A DNA stretch of 64,000 bases from Candidatus Zixiibacteriota bacterium (GCA_040752815.1 JBFMGC010000003.1:15706-79705), one strand, 5' to 3'. Numbered from the stretch's first letter, positions 27,301 to 37,266 are shown. Numbers and translations: made by a program. The notes: generated from the letters alone by a model not told the origin.

Positions 27301-29101
27301 ACTGCTTACGCCAATCTACATCGTCGCCCAGCTTGGGCTGTTTTTCTTTTTCCAGGATCAGATTCTCGAGCACCAGCACGTCCATCTCTGTCCGCATAAA
27401 GCAGAGATAAGCATCCTGCGGGGTGCACACAATGGGCTCGCCACGGACATTGAAACTGGTGTTGATGACAATCCCGTATCCGGTGCGCTGCTTGAACGCG
27501 CCGATCATAGCATGATAATCAGGGTGATCGTCGGGGTGAACCGTCTGCACGCGCGCCGAGTAGTCGACATGCGTAATCGCCGGGATGTCGGAGCGCACCA
27601 CGTTGAGCTTGTCGATCCCGAACAGCCTTTCCTCCTCCGGGGTCATGGCGCGGCGGCGTTCTTCGGTGACCGGCGCAACGAGCAGCATGTAAGGGCTTTC
27701 GCGGTCCAGCTCGAAGTACTTGTCGACATCTTCGGCCAGGCACGACGGCGCAAACGGCCGGAACGACTCCCGATACTTGATCTTGAGGTTCATCACAGAC
27801 TGCATCTTGGGACTGCGGGCGTCGCCGATAATGCTCCTGCCGCCCAGCGCGCGAGGCCCGAACTCCATGCGCCCGTTAAACCAGCCCACGACCTTGTGAT
27901 TTTCGATGTACTCGGCTACCCGGTGGGGGACTTCTGATTTGGGCAGCTTGGTGTACGGATAACCGGCGCTCTTGAGCCAGCTTTCGATTTCCTCTGTGGA
28001 GAACGCCGGGCCGAGATACGATCCCCGCTGGCGGTCGCGCAGACTGCCGTTGCGCTCATTGCCGAGCAACTGGTACCAGACAAAAAGCGCCGCGCCAAGC
28101 GCCCCGCCGGCATCGCCCGCGGCGGGCTGAATCCAGAGGTCATCGAAGACGTTTGCCCGAAGAATCTTCCCGTTGCCGACACAGTTGAGCGCCACGCCAC
28201 CCGCCAGGCAGAGATTCTTCATGCCGGTTTGCTTTCTCACGTGGCGAGCCATGCGGAGCATCGCTTCCTCGGTGACATCCTGCACCGAGCGGGCCAGGTC
28301 CATGTCCATTTGCGATGGCATCGTCTCCGGCTGGCGCGGCTCCCGGCCAAAAAGCTCGTGAAAGGCGCGCGAGGTCATTGTCAGCCCCGCGCAGTAATTG
28401 AAATACTTCATGTTGAGGCGGAAGGAACCGTCGTCCTTTAGGTCAATCAGCTCCCGCATCATCACGTCTTTGTATTTCGGCTCGCCGTACGGCGCCAGGC
28501 CCATCAATTTGTACTCGCCTGAGTTGACCTTGAACCCGGTGTAGTAAGTCAGTGCGGAATAGAGCAGCCCCAGGCTGTGCGGAAAGTGAATCTCCTGGTG
28601 CAGCTTGATCGAGTTCCCTTCGCCGGTACCCCACGACGACGTCGCCCACTCGCCGACACCGTCCATGGTGATAAACGCCGCCTGGGCAAAAGGCGACGGG
28701 TAAAACGCCGACGCGGCGTGGGACTGGTGATGCTCCGGGAAGATCAGCTCCCCCTCGAAGCCAATCTCCTTGCGAATGTAATCACCCATCCAGAGCTTGT
28801 GTTTGAGCCACATCGGCATCGCCATGAGGAATGATTTCAACCCGAGCGGGGCGTAGGAGAGATAGGTCTCCAGAAGGCGTTCGAACTTGATGAACGGCTT
28901 GTCGTAGAAGGCGACATAATCGAGGTCCTGAGCCTTGATATTCCCTTCCTTGAGGCAATAGGCGATGGCGTTTTTCGGAAAGCCGAAATCATGCTTCTTG
29001 CGGGTGAAGCGCTCCTCCTGCGCGGCGGCTACTATTTTGCCGTCGACAATCAGCGCAGCCGCTGAATCATGATAGAAGGCCGAAATTCCAAGAATCCTCA
29101 T
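27287..29101 (-). CDS. NodU/CmcH-family carbamoyltransferase
   Basis: MRILGISAFYHDSAAALIVDGKIVAAAQEERFTRKKHDFGFP, at 604 aa, is a typical full-length O-carbamoyltransferase. Confidence 0.9.
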   Translation of the reverse strand: MRILGISAFYHDSAAALIVDGKIVAAAQEERFTRKKHDFGFPKNAIAYCLKEGNIKAQDLDYVAFYDKPFIKFERLLETYLSYAPLGLKSFLMAMPMWLKHKLWMGDYIRKEIGFEGELIFPEHHQSHAASAFYPSPFAQAAFITMDGVGEWATSSWGTGEGNSIKLHQEIHFPHSLGLLYSALTYYTGFKVNSGEYKLMGLAPYGEPKYKDVMMRELIDLKDDGSFRLNMKYFNYCAGLTMTSRAFHELFGREPRQPETMPSQMDMDLARSVQDVTEEAMLRMARHVRKQTGMKNLCLAGGVALNCVGNGKILRANVFDDLWIQPAAGDAGGALGAALFVWYQLLGNERNGSLRDRQRGSYLGPAFSTEEIESWLKSAGYPYTKLPKSEVPHRVAEYIENHKVVGWFNGRMEFGPRALGGRSIIGDARSPKMQSVMNLKIKYRESFRPFAPSCLAEDVDKYFELDRESPYMLLVAPVTEERRRAMTPEEERLFGIDKLNVVRSDIPAITHVDYSARVQTVHPDDHPDYHAMIGAFKQRTGYGIVINTSFNVRGEPIVCTPQDAYLCFMRTEMDVLVLENLILEKEKQPKLGDDVDWRKQYELD

Positions 29102-29438
29102 CGGGCGATATTCCGCTGCTCAGGGTTCAAACAACGCAAAACCTGCCATAGGCTGCCACGATCAGGGCGGTCATGTCAACCGGGCAAGAAGTACGCTTGT
29201 GATCCAGGTATCGGTCTAATATACCCTTTACCGGAGACACAGTCAAATCGATAACTCCAAACCCCACCTGGTTGTTCCCGCCGTCGTTTTGACTCGCCTT
29301 TCAAGTCTGTCGCCTTAACCTGTTGTGACATCTGAAATTAGCCCCACCCATCGATGTTCGGCTCGGCGTCAATTCCGGATCTGCTTGAGAAAGTAGCGCT
29401 TGTCCTCAGCAAAGGGGCAAGGCAAATTGGTTCGCGAC

Positions 29439-30422
29439 ATGAAATCATCACGCAATAACCCGCTTGAATCAATCCTTGTCACTGGCGGAACCGGGTTTAT
29501 CGGGTCGCATCTGGTGGATCGCCTGCTCGCCCGAGGAGCGCGGGTGACGGTCCTGGACAATTTCAACGACTTCTACGATCCTCGCATCAAGCGCGCCAAT
29601 ATCGCGAGCCACTTGGATTTCCAAGGCTACACGCTGGTCGAGGGAGATATCCGCGTTCCGGGAACTGTCAATCAAACGTTTGCGAAGGGCGGCTTCCACC
29701 TTGTTATTCACCTGGCCGCCATGGCCGGAGTGAGGCCGTCGGTCGAAAACCCGGCGCTGTATCACGAGGTAAACCTGATCGGAACTATGAACGTGCTCGA
29801 AGCGATACGCCAATACGGCGTGCCGAAACTGGTATTCGCGTCGTCCTCGTCCGTATACGGCAATAACACAAAAGTGCCGTTCGCAGAGTCAGACCCTGTC
29901 GATCACCCGATTTCGCCGTACGCCGCCACCAAGAAGGCCGGCGAGCTGATGGCGCACACGTATCATCATCTCTACGGCATCAATACCGCCTGCCTCCGCT
30001 TTTTCACTGTCTACGGGCCGAGGCAGCGCCCCGAAATGGCGATTTGCAAGTTCACCGACAGGATTACGCGCGGCCAGGAGATCGACGTTTATGCCGAGGG
30101 CCACTCCCGGCGCGACTATACTTATATTGATGACATCATCGACGGCGTTATGGCGGCGTGCGACGCTGACCTCGAATACGAGATAATCAACCTGGGGCGG
30201 TCGGATACCGTTGGGCTGCTCGATCTGATCACCAAACTGGAGAAGCTCCTCGGCAAGAAAGCAAAGACTCGTCTGATGCCGAGCCAGCCGGGCGATGTCG
30301 AGCAGACCTATGCGGATATCACCAAGGCCCGGCGTCTGTTGGGCTTCCAGCCGAGAGTCTCAATCGATACCGGCCTGGCCAGATTCGCGGAGTGGTATTT
30401 GAACAGGCGGGGATCAAAATGA
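29439..30422 (+). CDS. NAD-dependent sugar-nucleotide epimerase (UDP-glucuronate 4-epimerase-like extended SDR)
   Basis: It has the Rossmann motif VTGGTGFIGSHL and the catalytic YAATKKAGE (YxxxK). FFTVYGPRQRPEMAICKF is typical of CapI/LpsL-like UDP-GlcA epimerases. ATG 29439 is preferred over TTG 29400. Confidence 0.75.
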   Translation: MKSSRNNPLESILVTGGTGFIGSHLVDRLLARGARVTVLDNFNDFYDPRIKRANIASHLDFQGYTLVEGDIRVPGTVNQTFAKGGFHLVIHLAAMAGVRPSVENPALYHEVNLIGTMNVLEAIRQYGVPKLVFASSSSVYGNNTKVPFAESDPVDHPISPYAATKKAGELMAHTYHHLYGINTACLRFFTVYGPRQRPEMAICKFTDRITRGQEIDVYAEGHSRRDYTYIDDIIDGVMAACDADLEYEIINLGRSDTVGLLDLITKLEKLLGKKAKTRLMPSQPGDVEQTYADITKARRLLGFQPRVSIDTGLARFAEWYLNRRGSK

Positions 30423-31729
30423 ACATATGCATGGTGGGCACCGGCTATGTCGGCCTGGTGGCGGGGACGTGCCTGGCCGATTTCGGCATGAATGTCACTT
30501 GTGTCGATATCGACCGGGACAAGATCGACCGCCTCAACCGGGGCGAGGTGCCGATATACGAAATCGGCCTGTCGGATTTGATCGGTCGCAATGTCAAACT
30601 GGAGCGCCTTCGTTTCTCCTCCGACCTGGCCGAGGCGGTCGACCGCTCGCTGGTGATCTTCCTGGCGGTGGGTACCCCCGAGGGCGACCACGGCCGCCCT
30701 GATATGCGCGCCATTTTCGAGGCCGCCCGCCAGATCGGCACCTGCATGACCGAGTACAAAGTAATCGCGATCAAATCGACCGTACCGGTAGGCACGGCCC
30801 GCAAGATCCGGCAGATCGTGAGGGAGGCTCAGAGCTCGCCGGTGGATTTCGATGTCGTCTCCAACCCGGAGTTCCTGCGCGAGGGGGCCGCGATCAACGA
30901 TTTTCTCCGGCCTGACCGGATCATTCTCGGCAGCGATTCTGAAAGAGCCCTGGCGATTATGCGCGACCTGTACCGCCCGCTTTATCTACTCAAGAAGCCG
31001 ATCGTGTCTACTTCGAATGAAACCGCCGAACTAATCAAGTACGCCGCCAACACCATGCTTGCGCTTCGCATTTCATACATGAATGAGATAGCCAATCTCT
31101 GTGATCGAGTGGGAGCTGACGTATACGACGTGTCGGTAGCGCTGGGCATGGACAAGCGGATCGGGCCCAAGTTCCTGCATCCCGGCCCAGGATTCGGCGG
31201 GTCATGCTTTCCTAAAGATGTCAAGGCGCTGGCGCATCTCGCGCAAGAGAACGATTACGATTTCAAGATTGTCGACGCCGTGATTGCCGTCAACGCACGC
31301 CAGCGGGATGTCATTCTCGATAAGGCCCGCAGCGCGCTCGGCGGTTTCAATGGACGCACGGTTACGGTCTGGGGTCTGTCTTTCAAGCCGGATACTGATG
31401 ACATCCGCGAATCGCCCGCCCTCCACATTGCAGGCGTCCTGCTGAGCGAAGGCGCCCGGGTGAACGCGTATGATCCGGCGGCCATGGCCGAGGCGAAACG
31501 AGCCCTGCCGGACATCCGGTATGCCGACAACCCGTACTCGGCCTGCGAAGGGAGCGACCTGGTGATGATCGTGACGGAGTGGAACGAGTTTCGTGATCTT
31601 GATCTGGGACGGGTGAAAGAGCTGGTCCGCACGCCTAATCTCTTTGACACGCGCAACATCTACGACCCCGTGCACGTGCGCGCCCTGGGGTTTAACTATC
31701 TGTGCACGGGCCGCTCAACGGCGAAGTAG
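30419..31729 (+). CDS. ugd: UDP-glucose 6-dehydrogenase
   Basis: MNICMVGTGYVGLVAGTCLADFG and the catalytic Cys motif GFGGSCFPKDV are present. ATG 30419 overlaps the upstream TGA (ATGA). Confidence 0.9.
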   Translation: MNICMVGTGYVGLVAGTCLADFGMNVTCVDIDRDKIDRLNRGEVPIYEIGLSDLIGRNVKLERLRFSSDLAEAVDRSLVIFLAVGTPEGDHGRPDMRAIFEAARQIGTCMTEYKVIAIKSTVPVGTARKIRQIVREAQSSPVDFDVVSNPEFLREGAAINDFLRPDRIILGSDSERALAIMRDLYRPLYLLKKPIVSTSNETAELIKYAANTMLALRISYMNEIANLCDRVGADVYDVSVALGMDKRIGPKFLHPGPGFGGSCFPKDVKALAHLAQENDYDFKIVDAVIAVNARQRDVILDKARSALGGFNGRTVTVWGLSFKPDTDDIRESPALHIAGVLLSEGARVNAYDPAAMAEAKRALPDIRYADNPYSACEGSDLVMIVTEWNEFRDLDLGRVKELVRTPNLFDTRNIYDPVHVRALGFNYLCTGRSTAK

Positions 31730-31749
31730 GTTGGCTGGTTGTCTGGGCT

Positions 31750-31915
31750 GGTGGCCCACCCTTTGGGTGGGTTTCTTTCCTCGCTTGAACATTCAGGTAC
31801 ATTGGCAGAAACCCACCTGTAAGGTGGGCCACCTGCCAAGTTTCCGAGTGATGCAGGAGGATGGCAGAATCGCCGGTGGCTCGCTGTCGCGCGCGGCCCA
31901 TGGGTTCTGCCCTAC
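31750..31915. repeat. REP/REPIN-like hairpin cluster
   Basis: GGTGGCCCACCCTTTGGGTGGGTTTC (31750..31775) and its near reverse complement GAAACCCACCTGTAAGGTGGGCCACC (31808..31833) are present. GGCAGAATC (31863..31871) pairs with GGTTCTGCC followed by CTAC (31903..31915). Confidence 0.7.
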
Positions 31916-31949
31916 CGGGTCTAAACCCAGCGCAAGCGCTGGGGCACCA

Positions 31950-33935
31950 TCACCCCTCTGAATCCTCGTGCCAGACTTTGAAATCGGCCCGCGGGGTCGG
32001 CGACGGAATCGAAAACTCGTTCAGGAATTGTTTCACGAGCAGTTGTGTCGAGAGTATCCCCACAAACGCCATGTTGTCCTTGAACGACAAGTGCTCGTCC
32101 GCTCCCTTAAGGCACTTCTTGTAGAGCAGCGACACCGCGCGAGAATTGAACAGGCCGCTTTGGGCGATCGCGTCCTCGGAAAGTAAGTCGGCGACATAGC
32201 CGGGTGAATCACTCTGCACGAAACAGTTCGAGTCGGGCGCCATGTACGGCTGCTTGACCCGCTTGACAATCTCCGGCGGCAGTTCCGGGCGCATCGCCTT
32301 CTTCAATACATACTTCTCATTAAGGCCGAATATCTTGTATCCCGGCGGTATAGTCGCCGCGAACTCCGCGACCCGGTGATCCAGAAACGGAAACCGCCCC
32401 TCGACTGAGTTAGCCGCCGATACCCGGTCCCCCTGCGACGACAAGAGATAGCACGACAGCAGTGACTTGCTTTCGAGATACTGCGCCCGGGCCAGGTGAT
32501 GCCACTTCGCGAACAACTTGGGCAAGTCACGCCCGAACGCACCAAGAGAATCATGGCTGTCGATGGCGTTACGAATATCGGCAGTGAGAAACTCCTTGAG
32601 GCGCGTGGTGGTGTTTATGCGCGGAATGTGCGAGAAGTAGTACTCACACGTCTTGTCCAGGCCGGATTTGTAAAACTGCTCGAGATAATGCTTCGCTCTC
32701 GCGCCGGATACCGGCAGAGTCGGGTACAGTTTTCTCAGCACCGCCGGCCGCCATTGCGAGTCGGGATTTTTCGCCCAGAAGGCGCGAATAAGCGTTTCCT
32801 TGAAGATGTCGTAACCGCCCAGAAGCTCGTCGGAACCTTCGCCGGTCAGCACCACCTTGAAGTTGTTCTCTCTGACCAGGCGCGAAAGTTCGAGCAGCGG
32901 CGTGGGCGCGGTGCGCAGAATCGGGCGCTCGGTGTGCCAGATGACTTTCGGGAATGACTCCGCAATTGATCGATATGTGCAGTTCACCGTGTGATGACTC
33001 GTGCCGAGATGACGGGCCATCTGCTGCTGATAGTTCGACTCGTCAAAAGCCTTGTCCTCGAACGTAACCGAAAACGTCTCCAGGCGCGATTGCGTGAAGT
33101 GTCTGATGAGCGCTGTTGTCACCGATGAATCCAGCCCGCCGGACAAGTACGCCCCCACCGGCACGTCGGCGCGAAGCTGCAGCCGCACCGAATCGATCAG
33201 CAGCGCACGCAGCTCCTCGGCATAAGATTGCACCGGGCGGTCATAGTCGAACCTCTCCGGAAAGCTCATGTCCCAGTACCGACTTGTTTTCAATCGGCCG
33301 TCGGTGATCTCCACAAAGCTCCCCGCCTCCAGTTCGTTGATTCCCTCGAACAGCGTACGCGGCGGCGCGGAGGTCCACCAAGTGAAGGTCTCGTCGAGAC
33401 CTTTCAGGTCGAGCCGACGAGGCACGCGGGGGTCGCAGAAGATCGCCTTTATCTCTGACGCAAAGTAAAATCGTCCGTCGTGCACGGCATAGAAAATCGG
33501 CCTGATACCCAGCCGGTCGCGGGCTACAAACAGCGAACGCTTGCTGCGATCATACAGCGCGAAGGCAAACTGGCCGTTGAAATGATCGACACAGTTGCGC
33601 CCGTACTGCTCAAAGGCATGGACGATTACCTCGGTATCGCAATTAGTACGAAAGCGATGGCCCTGCTTTTCGAGTTCTTGTCGCAGCTCGATATAATTGA
33701 AAATTTCGCCGTTGAAGGTCACCCACGCGGTGCCATCTTCGTTGCACAGCGGTTGCGAGCCGCCGGCCAAGTCGATAATCGACAGGCGCGCCTGTCCAAG
33801 CGCACAGCGTTCGTCGAAATAAGCGCCGAACTCATCCGGCCCGCGGTATCGTATCGCGTTCACCATGCGGCCGAGCAGTTCATGCTCCGGCGGCGACGGT
33901 TCCGACATTTGAAAGTATCCGGCAATTCCGCACAT
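31950..33935 (-). CDS. asparagine synthase (glutamine-hydrolysing)-family amidotransferase
   Basis: It has the N-terminal Ntn Cys (MCGIAGYF) and the PP-loop YLSGGLDSSVTTAL. At 661 aa it has the size and context of the EPS-locus (exosortase-associated / WbpS-like) amidotransferases. Confidence 0.85.
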   Translation of the reverse strand: MCGIAGYFQMSEPSPPEHELLGRMVNAIRYRGPDEFGAYFDERCALGQARLSIIDLAGGSQPLCNEDGTAWVTFNGEIFNYIELRQELEKQGHRFRTNCDTEVIVHAFEQYGRNCVDHFNGQFAFALYDRSKRSLFVARDRLGIRPIFYAVHDGRFYFASEIKAIFCDPRVPRRLDLKGLDETFTWWTSAPPRTLFEGINELEAGSFVEITDGRLKTSRYWDMSFPERFDYDRPVQSYAEELRALLIDSVRLQLRADVPVGAYLSGGLDSSVTTALIRHFTQSRLETFSVTFEDKAFDESNYQQQMARHLGTSHHTVNCTYRSIAESFPKVIWHTERPILRTAPTPLLELSRLVRENNFKVVLTGEGSDELLGGYDIFKETLIRAFWAKNPDSQWRPAVLRKLYPTLPVSGARAKHYLEQFYKSGLDKTCEYYFSHIPRINTTTRLKEFLTADIRNAIDSHDSLGAFGRDLPKLFAKWHHLARAQYLESKSLLSCYLLSSQGDRVSAANSVEGRFPFLDHRVAEFAATIPPGYKIFGLNEKYVLKKAMRPELPPEIVKRVKQPYMAPDSNCFVQSDSPGYVADLLSEDAIAQSGLFNSRAVSLLYKKCLKGADEHLSFKDNMAFVGILSTQLLVKQFLNEFSIPSPTPRADFKVWHEDSEG

Positions 33936-33966
33936 GGCGACTATCTTATCGGCTTGGAGTGGACAG

Positions 33967-35526
33967 CTATATCTTCAGCGCCTGCTCTTTCAAAGCGAGC
34001 TTGTTTACTTTGCCTGACTGGTATTTCGGCAGACTATCTACAAATGAAACCACACGCGGCACCTTAAACGGCGCCAGCCCTTTCTGGCACCAGCCCTGAA
34101 TTTGCTTCTCATCGGCGTGAACACCCGGCCTCAGCACCACGACAGCGCGGATTGCCTCCCCCAGAACATCATCGGGAACGCCGAACACCGCTGCCTCCGC
34201 GACCAGTCCGCTCTCGAGTATTCTCTCCTCGATCTCCTTGGCGCTCACCCGGTGACCCGCCGCTTTGATGATCTCCCGTTTTCTCCCGACTATATATATG
34301 AAGCCGTCCTGATCGCGCCGCGCCAGGTCGCCGGTGATCAGCCAGCCGTCGCGAAGCACCTCGGCGGTGGCTTCGGGTTGATTCCAGTAACCTAACATGA
34401 CATTCGGCCCGCCGACCGCGATTTCACCCGTTTCGCCTGTGGAGACCTCGGCGCCGTTTTCATCGATAATCCTCACCTCGACACCCGGAACCGGTATACC
34501 GATAGAACCCAGTTTCTCCTCAAGCCGCTTCGGCGGGAGATATGTTACTCGCGGCGACGCTTCAGTTTGCCCGTACATGATCCAGATCTCCTGGCGCGGG
34601 CAGGCTTCCATCAGGCGGCGCGTAATCTCCGGGGCCATGGCACCGCCCGCCTGCGTGATGTACCTGAGATCGGCGAATTTGCGCTTGGCGATGCTCGACT
34701 TGTTCAGCGCGATCATAAATGTCGACGGCACCCCGGCAAAGCCGGTTGCTTTCGACTCTTCGAGCGAGTCGAGAACGACTTCCGGGTACATGAAGCGGTT
34801 GTCGATCACGATGTGTCCGCCGCAAGCAACGTGGGTCAGCAACAACGAATTGCCGTAGATGTAATAGAACGGCAGAATCACGAGCACGGAATCGTCTCTG
34901 GTCAGCCGAAGATACTCAACTGTCGCCAGTGTGTTTGATACGAGATTGCGATGCGAGAGCATCACCCCTTTCGGTTCGCCGGTCGAACCGGACGTATAAA
35001 ATATCGCCGCCAGTTCATGGGGTGCTTGCGCGGCATCGACAACGGCTGCCGCCGCCCTGCTGAGGCTGGCGATGGGTGCGGTGTCCTCCAGAATGTCTTC
35101 AATCCGGATCAGCGGGGCCGGCAGTTCAGGGACGAGCGGTTTGTCCGAGATGATTAGATCGAGCGCGAGGTTTGTCCCGAGAATCTGCTGCAATTGTCGG
35201 CGGTATTTCCCCTGCACCATGAACACCTTCGCGCCCGAGTCGGCGAGCATGAAGTTGATGTTTTCCGGCGCGAGCGAGGTATCCAGCGGCACCGCCACCA
35301 GTCCGGCCATCAGCGATCCGAAAAAACAGATCAGATATTCAATCGAATTCTCAAATAGAATTGCGGCGCAGCTGCCGTCGGGGAGGTCGTACCGCTTCAA
35401 GCGCTCGGCCAGGGCCGCCGAGGATCGGTATAGCTCACCGTAGGTGATGTGTCGCTCAAGATGAATCGCCGCCGTCTTCTCTTCGAAAGCGGCGGCGGTC
35501 TTTACGAGAAAATCGGATACTTTCAT
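33967..35526 (-). CDS. AMP-dependent acyl ligase (ANL superfamily)
   Basis: IFYTSGSTGEPKGVMLSHRNL, WLITGDLARRDQDGFIYIVGRKREIIKAAGHRVSAKEIE and C-terminal SGKVNK are present. ATG 35526 (MKVSDFLVKTAAAFEEK) is preferred; the listed 35580 start overlaps the ACP gene. Confidence 0.85.
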   Translation of the reverse strand: MKVSDFLVKTAAAFEEKTAAIHLERHITYGELYRSSAALAERLKRYDLPDGSCAAILFENSIEYLICFFGSLMAGLVAVPLDTSLAPENINFMLADSGAKVFMVQGKYRRQLQQILGTNLALDLIISDKPLVPELPAPLIRIEDILEDTAPIASLSRAAAAVVDAAQAPHELAAIFYTSGSTGEPKGVMLSHRNLVSNTLATVEYLRLTRDDSVLVILPFYYIYGNSLLLTHVACGGHIVIDNRFMYPEVVLDSLEESKATGFAGVPSTFMIALNKSSIAKRKFADLRYITQAGGAMAPEITRRLMEACPRQEIWIMYGQTEASPRVTYLPPKRLEEKLGSIGIPVPGVEVRIIDENGAEVSTGETGEIAVGGPNVMLGYWNQPEATAEVLRDGWLITGDLARRDQDGFIYIVGRKREIIKAAGHRVSAKEIEERILESGLVAEAAVFGVPDDVLGEAIRAVVVLRPGVHADEKQIQGWCQKGLAPFKVPRVVSFVDSLPKYQSGKVNKLALKEQALKI

Positions 35527-35557
35527 GCCGTCACAGAGGTGTGGCCGCGGGCTACAG

Positions 35558-35821
35558 CTACCCGGCCTTTCGCTGCACAAAAGCGGCCAGGTTGTCGATC
35601 GAATCGAGATTGGCCGGGATCATCTCCTCGTCTTCGACCGAGATGCCGTAGGTCTGCTCCAAATGCGAGACCAGCTCCAGCACGCCGGTAGAGTCTATGA
35701 TGCCCCTCTCCATGAACGAGTCGGAGTTGCCGAACCCGTCGGAATCGTCGCCGAAGAGAAAGGTCTCGAGGATAAACGCCTTTAGTTCTTGTCTGGTCGT
35801 ATCGATATCAATCGTTGCCAT
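35558..35821 (-). CDS. acyl carrier protein (stand-alone, 87 aa)
   Basis: It is a small acidic protein with the phosphopantetheine-site motif GIIDSTGVLELVSHLE, located immediately upstream of the ligase. Confidence 0.8.
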   Translation of the reverse strand: MATIDIDTTRQELKAFILETFLFGDDSDGFGNSDSFMERGIIDSTGVLELVSHLEQTYGISVEDEEMIPANLDSIDNLAAFVQRKAG

Positions 35822-35853
35822 TGTCGTTTCCGTGTCTTGCCCGGTTGCCCCCC

Positions 35854-36828
35854 TTAGCCCGCGGTCGTCATTTCCAGCGGGGCCATTCTCAGATATTCGG
35901 TCGCAACCACTTTTCGCTTGATATTGGCGTAGCCATGCTCGACCTGCGCTACTGTCAGCCCCAACACAGCGGCGGCTTCATCGGGGGGAACATCGTTTTC
36001 GAGAGCATACCAGAGCATGTCCATGGTGTAGAAATCCAGCCCGAAGAAGAACTCCTCCTGGGTGACCTCGAAACTGTATGTATCGGTGGTCGGGGTCCGC
36101 TTGATTATCTCCTCAGGTATGCCAATCGCCTCGGCAATCTGGTACACCTGTATCTTGTACAGGTGCGCGATTGGCTTGAGATCGGCGCCGCCGTCGCCGT
36201 ATTTCACGAAAAACCCCTGCATGTGCTCGTCTTTATTGCCCGTGCCGACTACCGCATAGTTCCGCTTCTCCGCATGATAGTAAAGCGTGGTCATGCGAAG
36301 GCGCTGCTTGAGATTCGATGCCGCCACCACCTGCAAGTACGCTTCAAGCGGCATCCGTTTGGTCATTACCTCGCCCCTGGGATTCTCAACGGTCAGGTTG
36401 AAGTAGTTATAGGTGTCTTTTTCAAGGATGTTCGTCGGGATGACAATCTTGTTCTTCCAGCCGTCGGTATACTCTGGGAACACCCTCCGAATGGCCTCGT
36501 CGCGGCGGCTATAGCACCCCAAGCCGGCGAGACCGCCGCTTATGTCTTCTTTGATTGTCTCGAATCCGAATTTCTCGCCCAACTGGCAGGCGAGCCGTTC
36601 GCTTTGGGGGGACGAGTCGGTTTCGGGCATCATGATGCCCACCACCCGCTTTGGGCCGAGAGCCCGCGCGCAGAGTGCCGCGCAGACCGAAGAATCGATT
36701 CCGCCCGAGACGCCGATCACGGCCCCCGACTTTTTCAGCACGCGGCCGACCTGGCGCCGCAGCTCGGCTTCCATCTGCTCGGCTGCCCGGGCCGCGTCGA
36801 TTTTAAGGCTGTCTTTTGTGAACTTCAA
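35854..36828 (-). CDS. NAD+ synthetase (NadE)-family PP-loop ATP pyrophosphatase / amidating enzyme
   Basis: It has the PP-loop GVSGGIDSSVCAAL and GFFVKYGDGGADLKPIAHLYK (compare E. coli NadE GFFTKYGDGGTDINPL). Confidence 0.8.
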   Translation of the reverse strand: MKFTKDSLKIDAARAAEQMEAELRRQVGRVLKKSGAVIGVSGGIDSSVCAALCARALGPKRVVGIMMPETDSSPQSERLACQLGEKFGFETIKEDISGGLAGLGCYSRRDEAIRRVFPEYTDGWKNKIVIPTNILEKDTYNYFNLTVENPRGEVMTKRMPLEAYLQVVAASNLKQRLRMTTLYYHAEKRNYAVVGTGNKDEHMQGFFVKYGDGGADLKPIAHLYKIQVYQIAEAIGIPEEIIKRTPTTDTYSFEVTQEEFFFGLDFYTMDMLWYALENDVPPDEAAAVLGLTVAQVEHGYANIKRKVVATEYLRMAPLEMTTAG

Positions 36829-36990
36829 GAACAGTTCCCTTCAGCGTCTTTAGTTTCGGTTCGAGTTCCGTCAACGGCCCGAAAAATAGGCGGTTAGTCT
36901 GCAAACACAACCTCAAACTGGTATGTTCCCATCCATCATGGTGATATCAGGGATTGAGGACGGCCTTCGCGCGTGCAGCCAATCCGGCGG

Positions 36991-37266
36991 CCCACCCGCT
37001 CGCGGGTGGGGTTGAGGTATGCTGGTTAGGCACGGGTAGATTGTGTATCGCAGGCGTATAGCCCGTCATGCCCGATCCAGTCGGGCATCTATGTCCACTC
37101 GCGCCGGTAAGAGCCGAAACTCTCACGAACGCGACTAACCATCGATTACTCCTGCCGTACAAGGGGCAGACCGGAGGTCTGCCGCCCACAACGCCGGCGG
37201 CAGGCGCGGAGTCCTGCCGATCAGTCTTCAAATCCATGGGGCAGCCTCGGGAGGTCTGCTGCCTAC
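36991..37266. repeat. REP-like hairpin cluster (GGCAG-stem family)
   Basis: The hairpins are CCCACCCG-CTCG-CGGGTGGG (36991..37010), ATGCCCGA-TCCAG-TCGGGCAT (37068..37088) and GGCAGACC-GGA-GGTCTGCC followed by GCCCAC (37165..37189). Also present are GGCAGG...CCTGCC (37199..37218) and GGCAGC...GCTGCC-TAC (37239..37266). Confidence 0.65.

Noticed and set aside
31959-31973. TGGCACGAGGATTCA on the minus strand (near-consensus -24 element)
   Set aside because: It lies inside the last codons of the asnB-like gene. The -12 element is TTCA, not TTGC. No minus-strand gene lies downstream, only REPs and the 3' end of ugd.
35815-36897. 360-aa plus-strand ORF overlapping the NadE-like gene
   Set aside because: It is antisense to a gene with clear PP-loop and NadE motifs, has low-complexity Arg/Gly/Leu composition, and starts inside the ACP gene.
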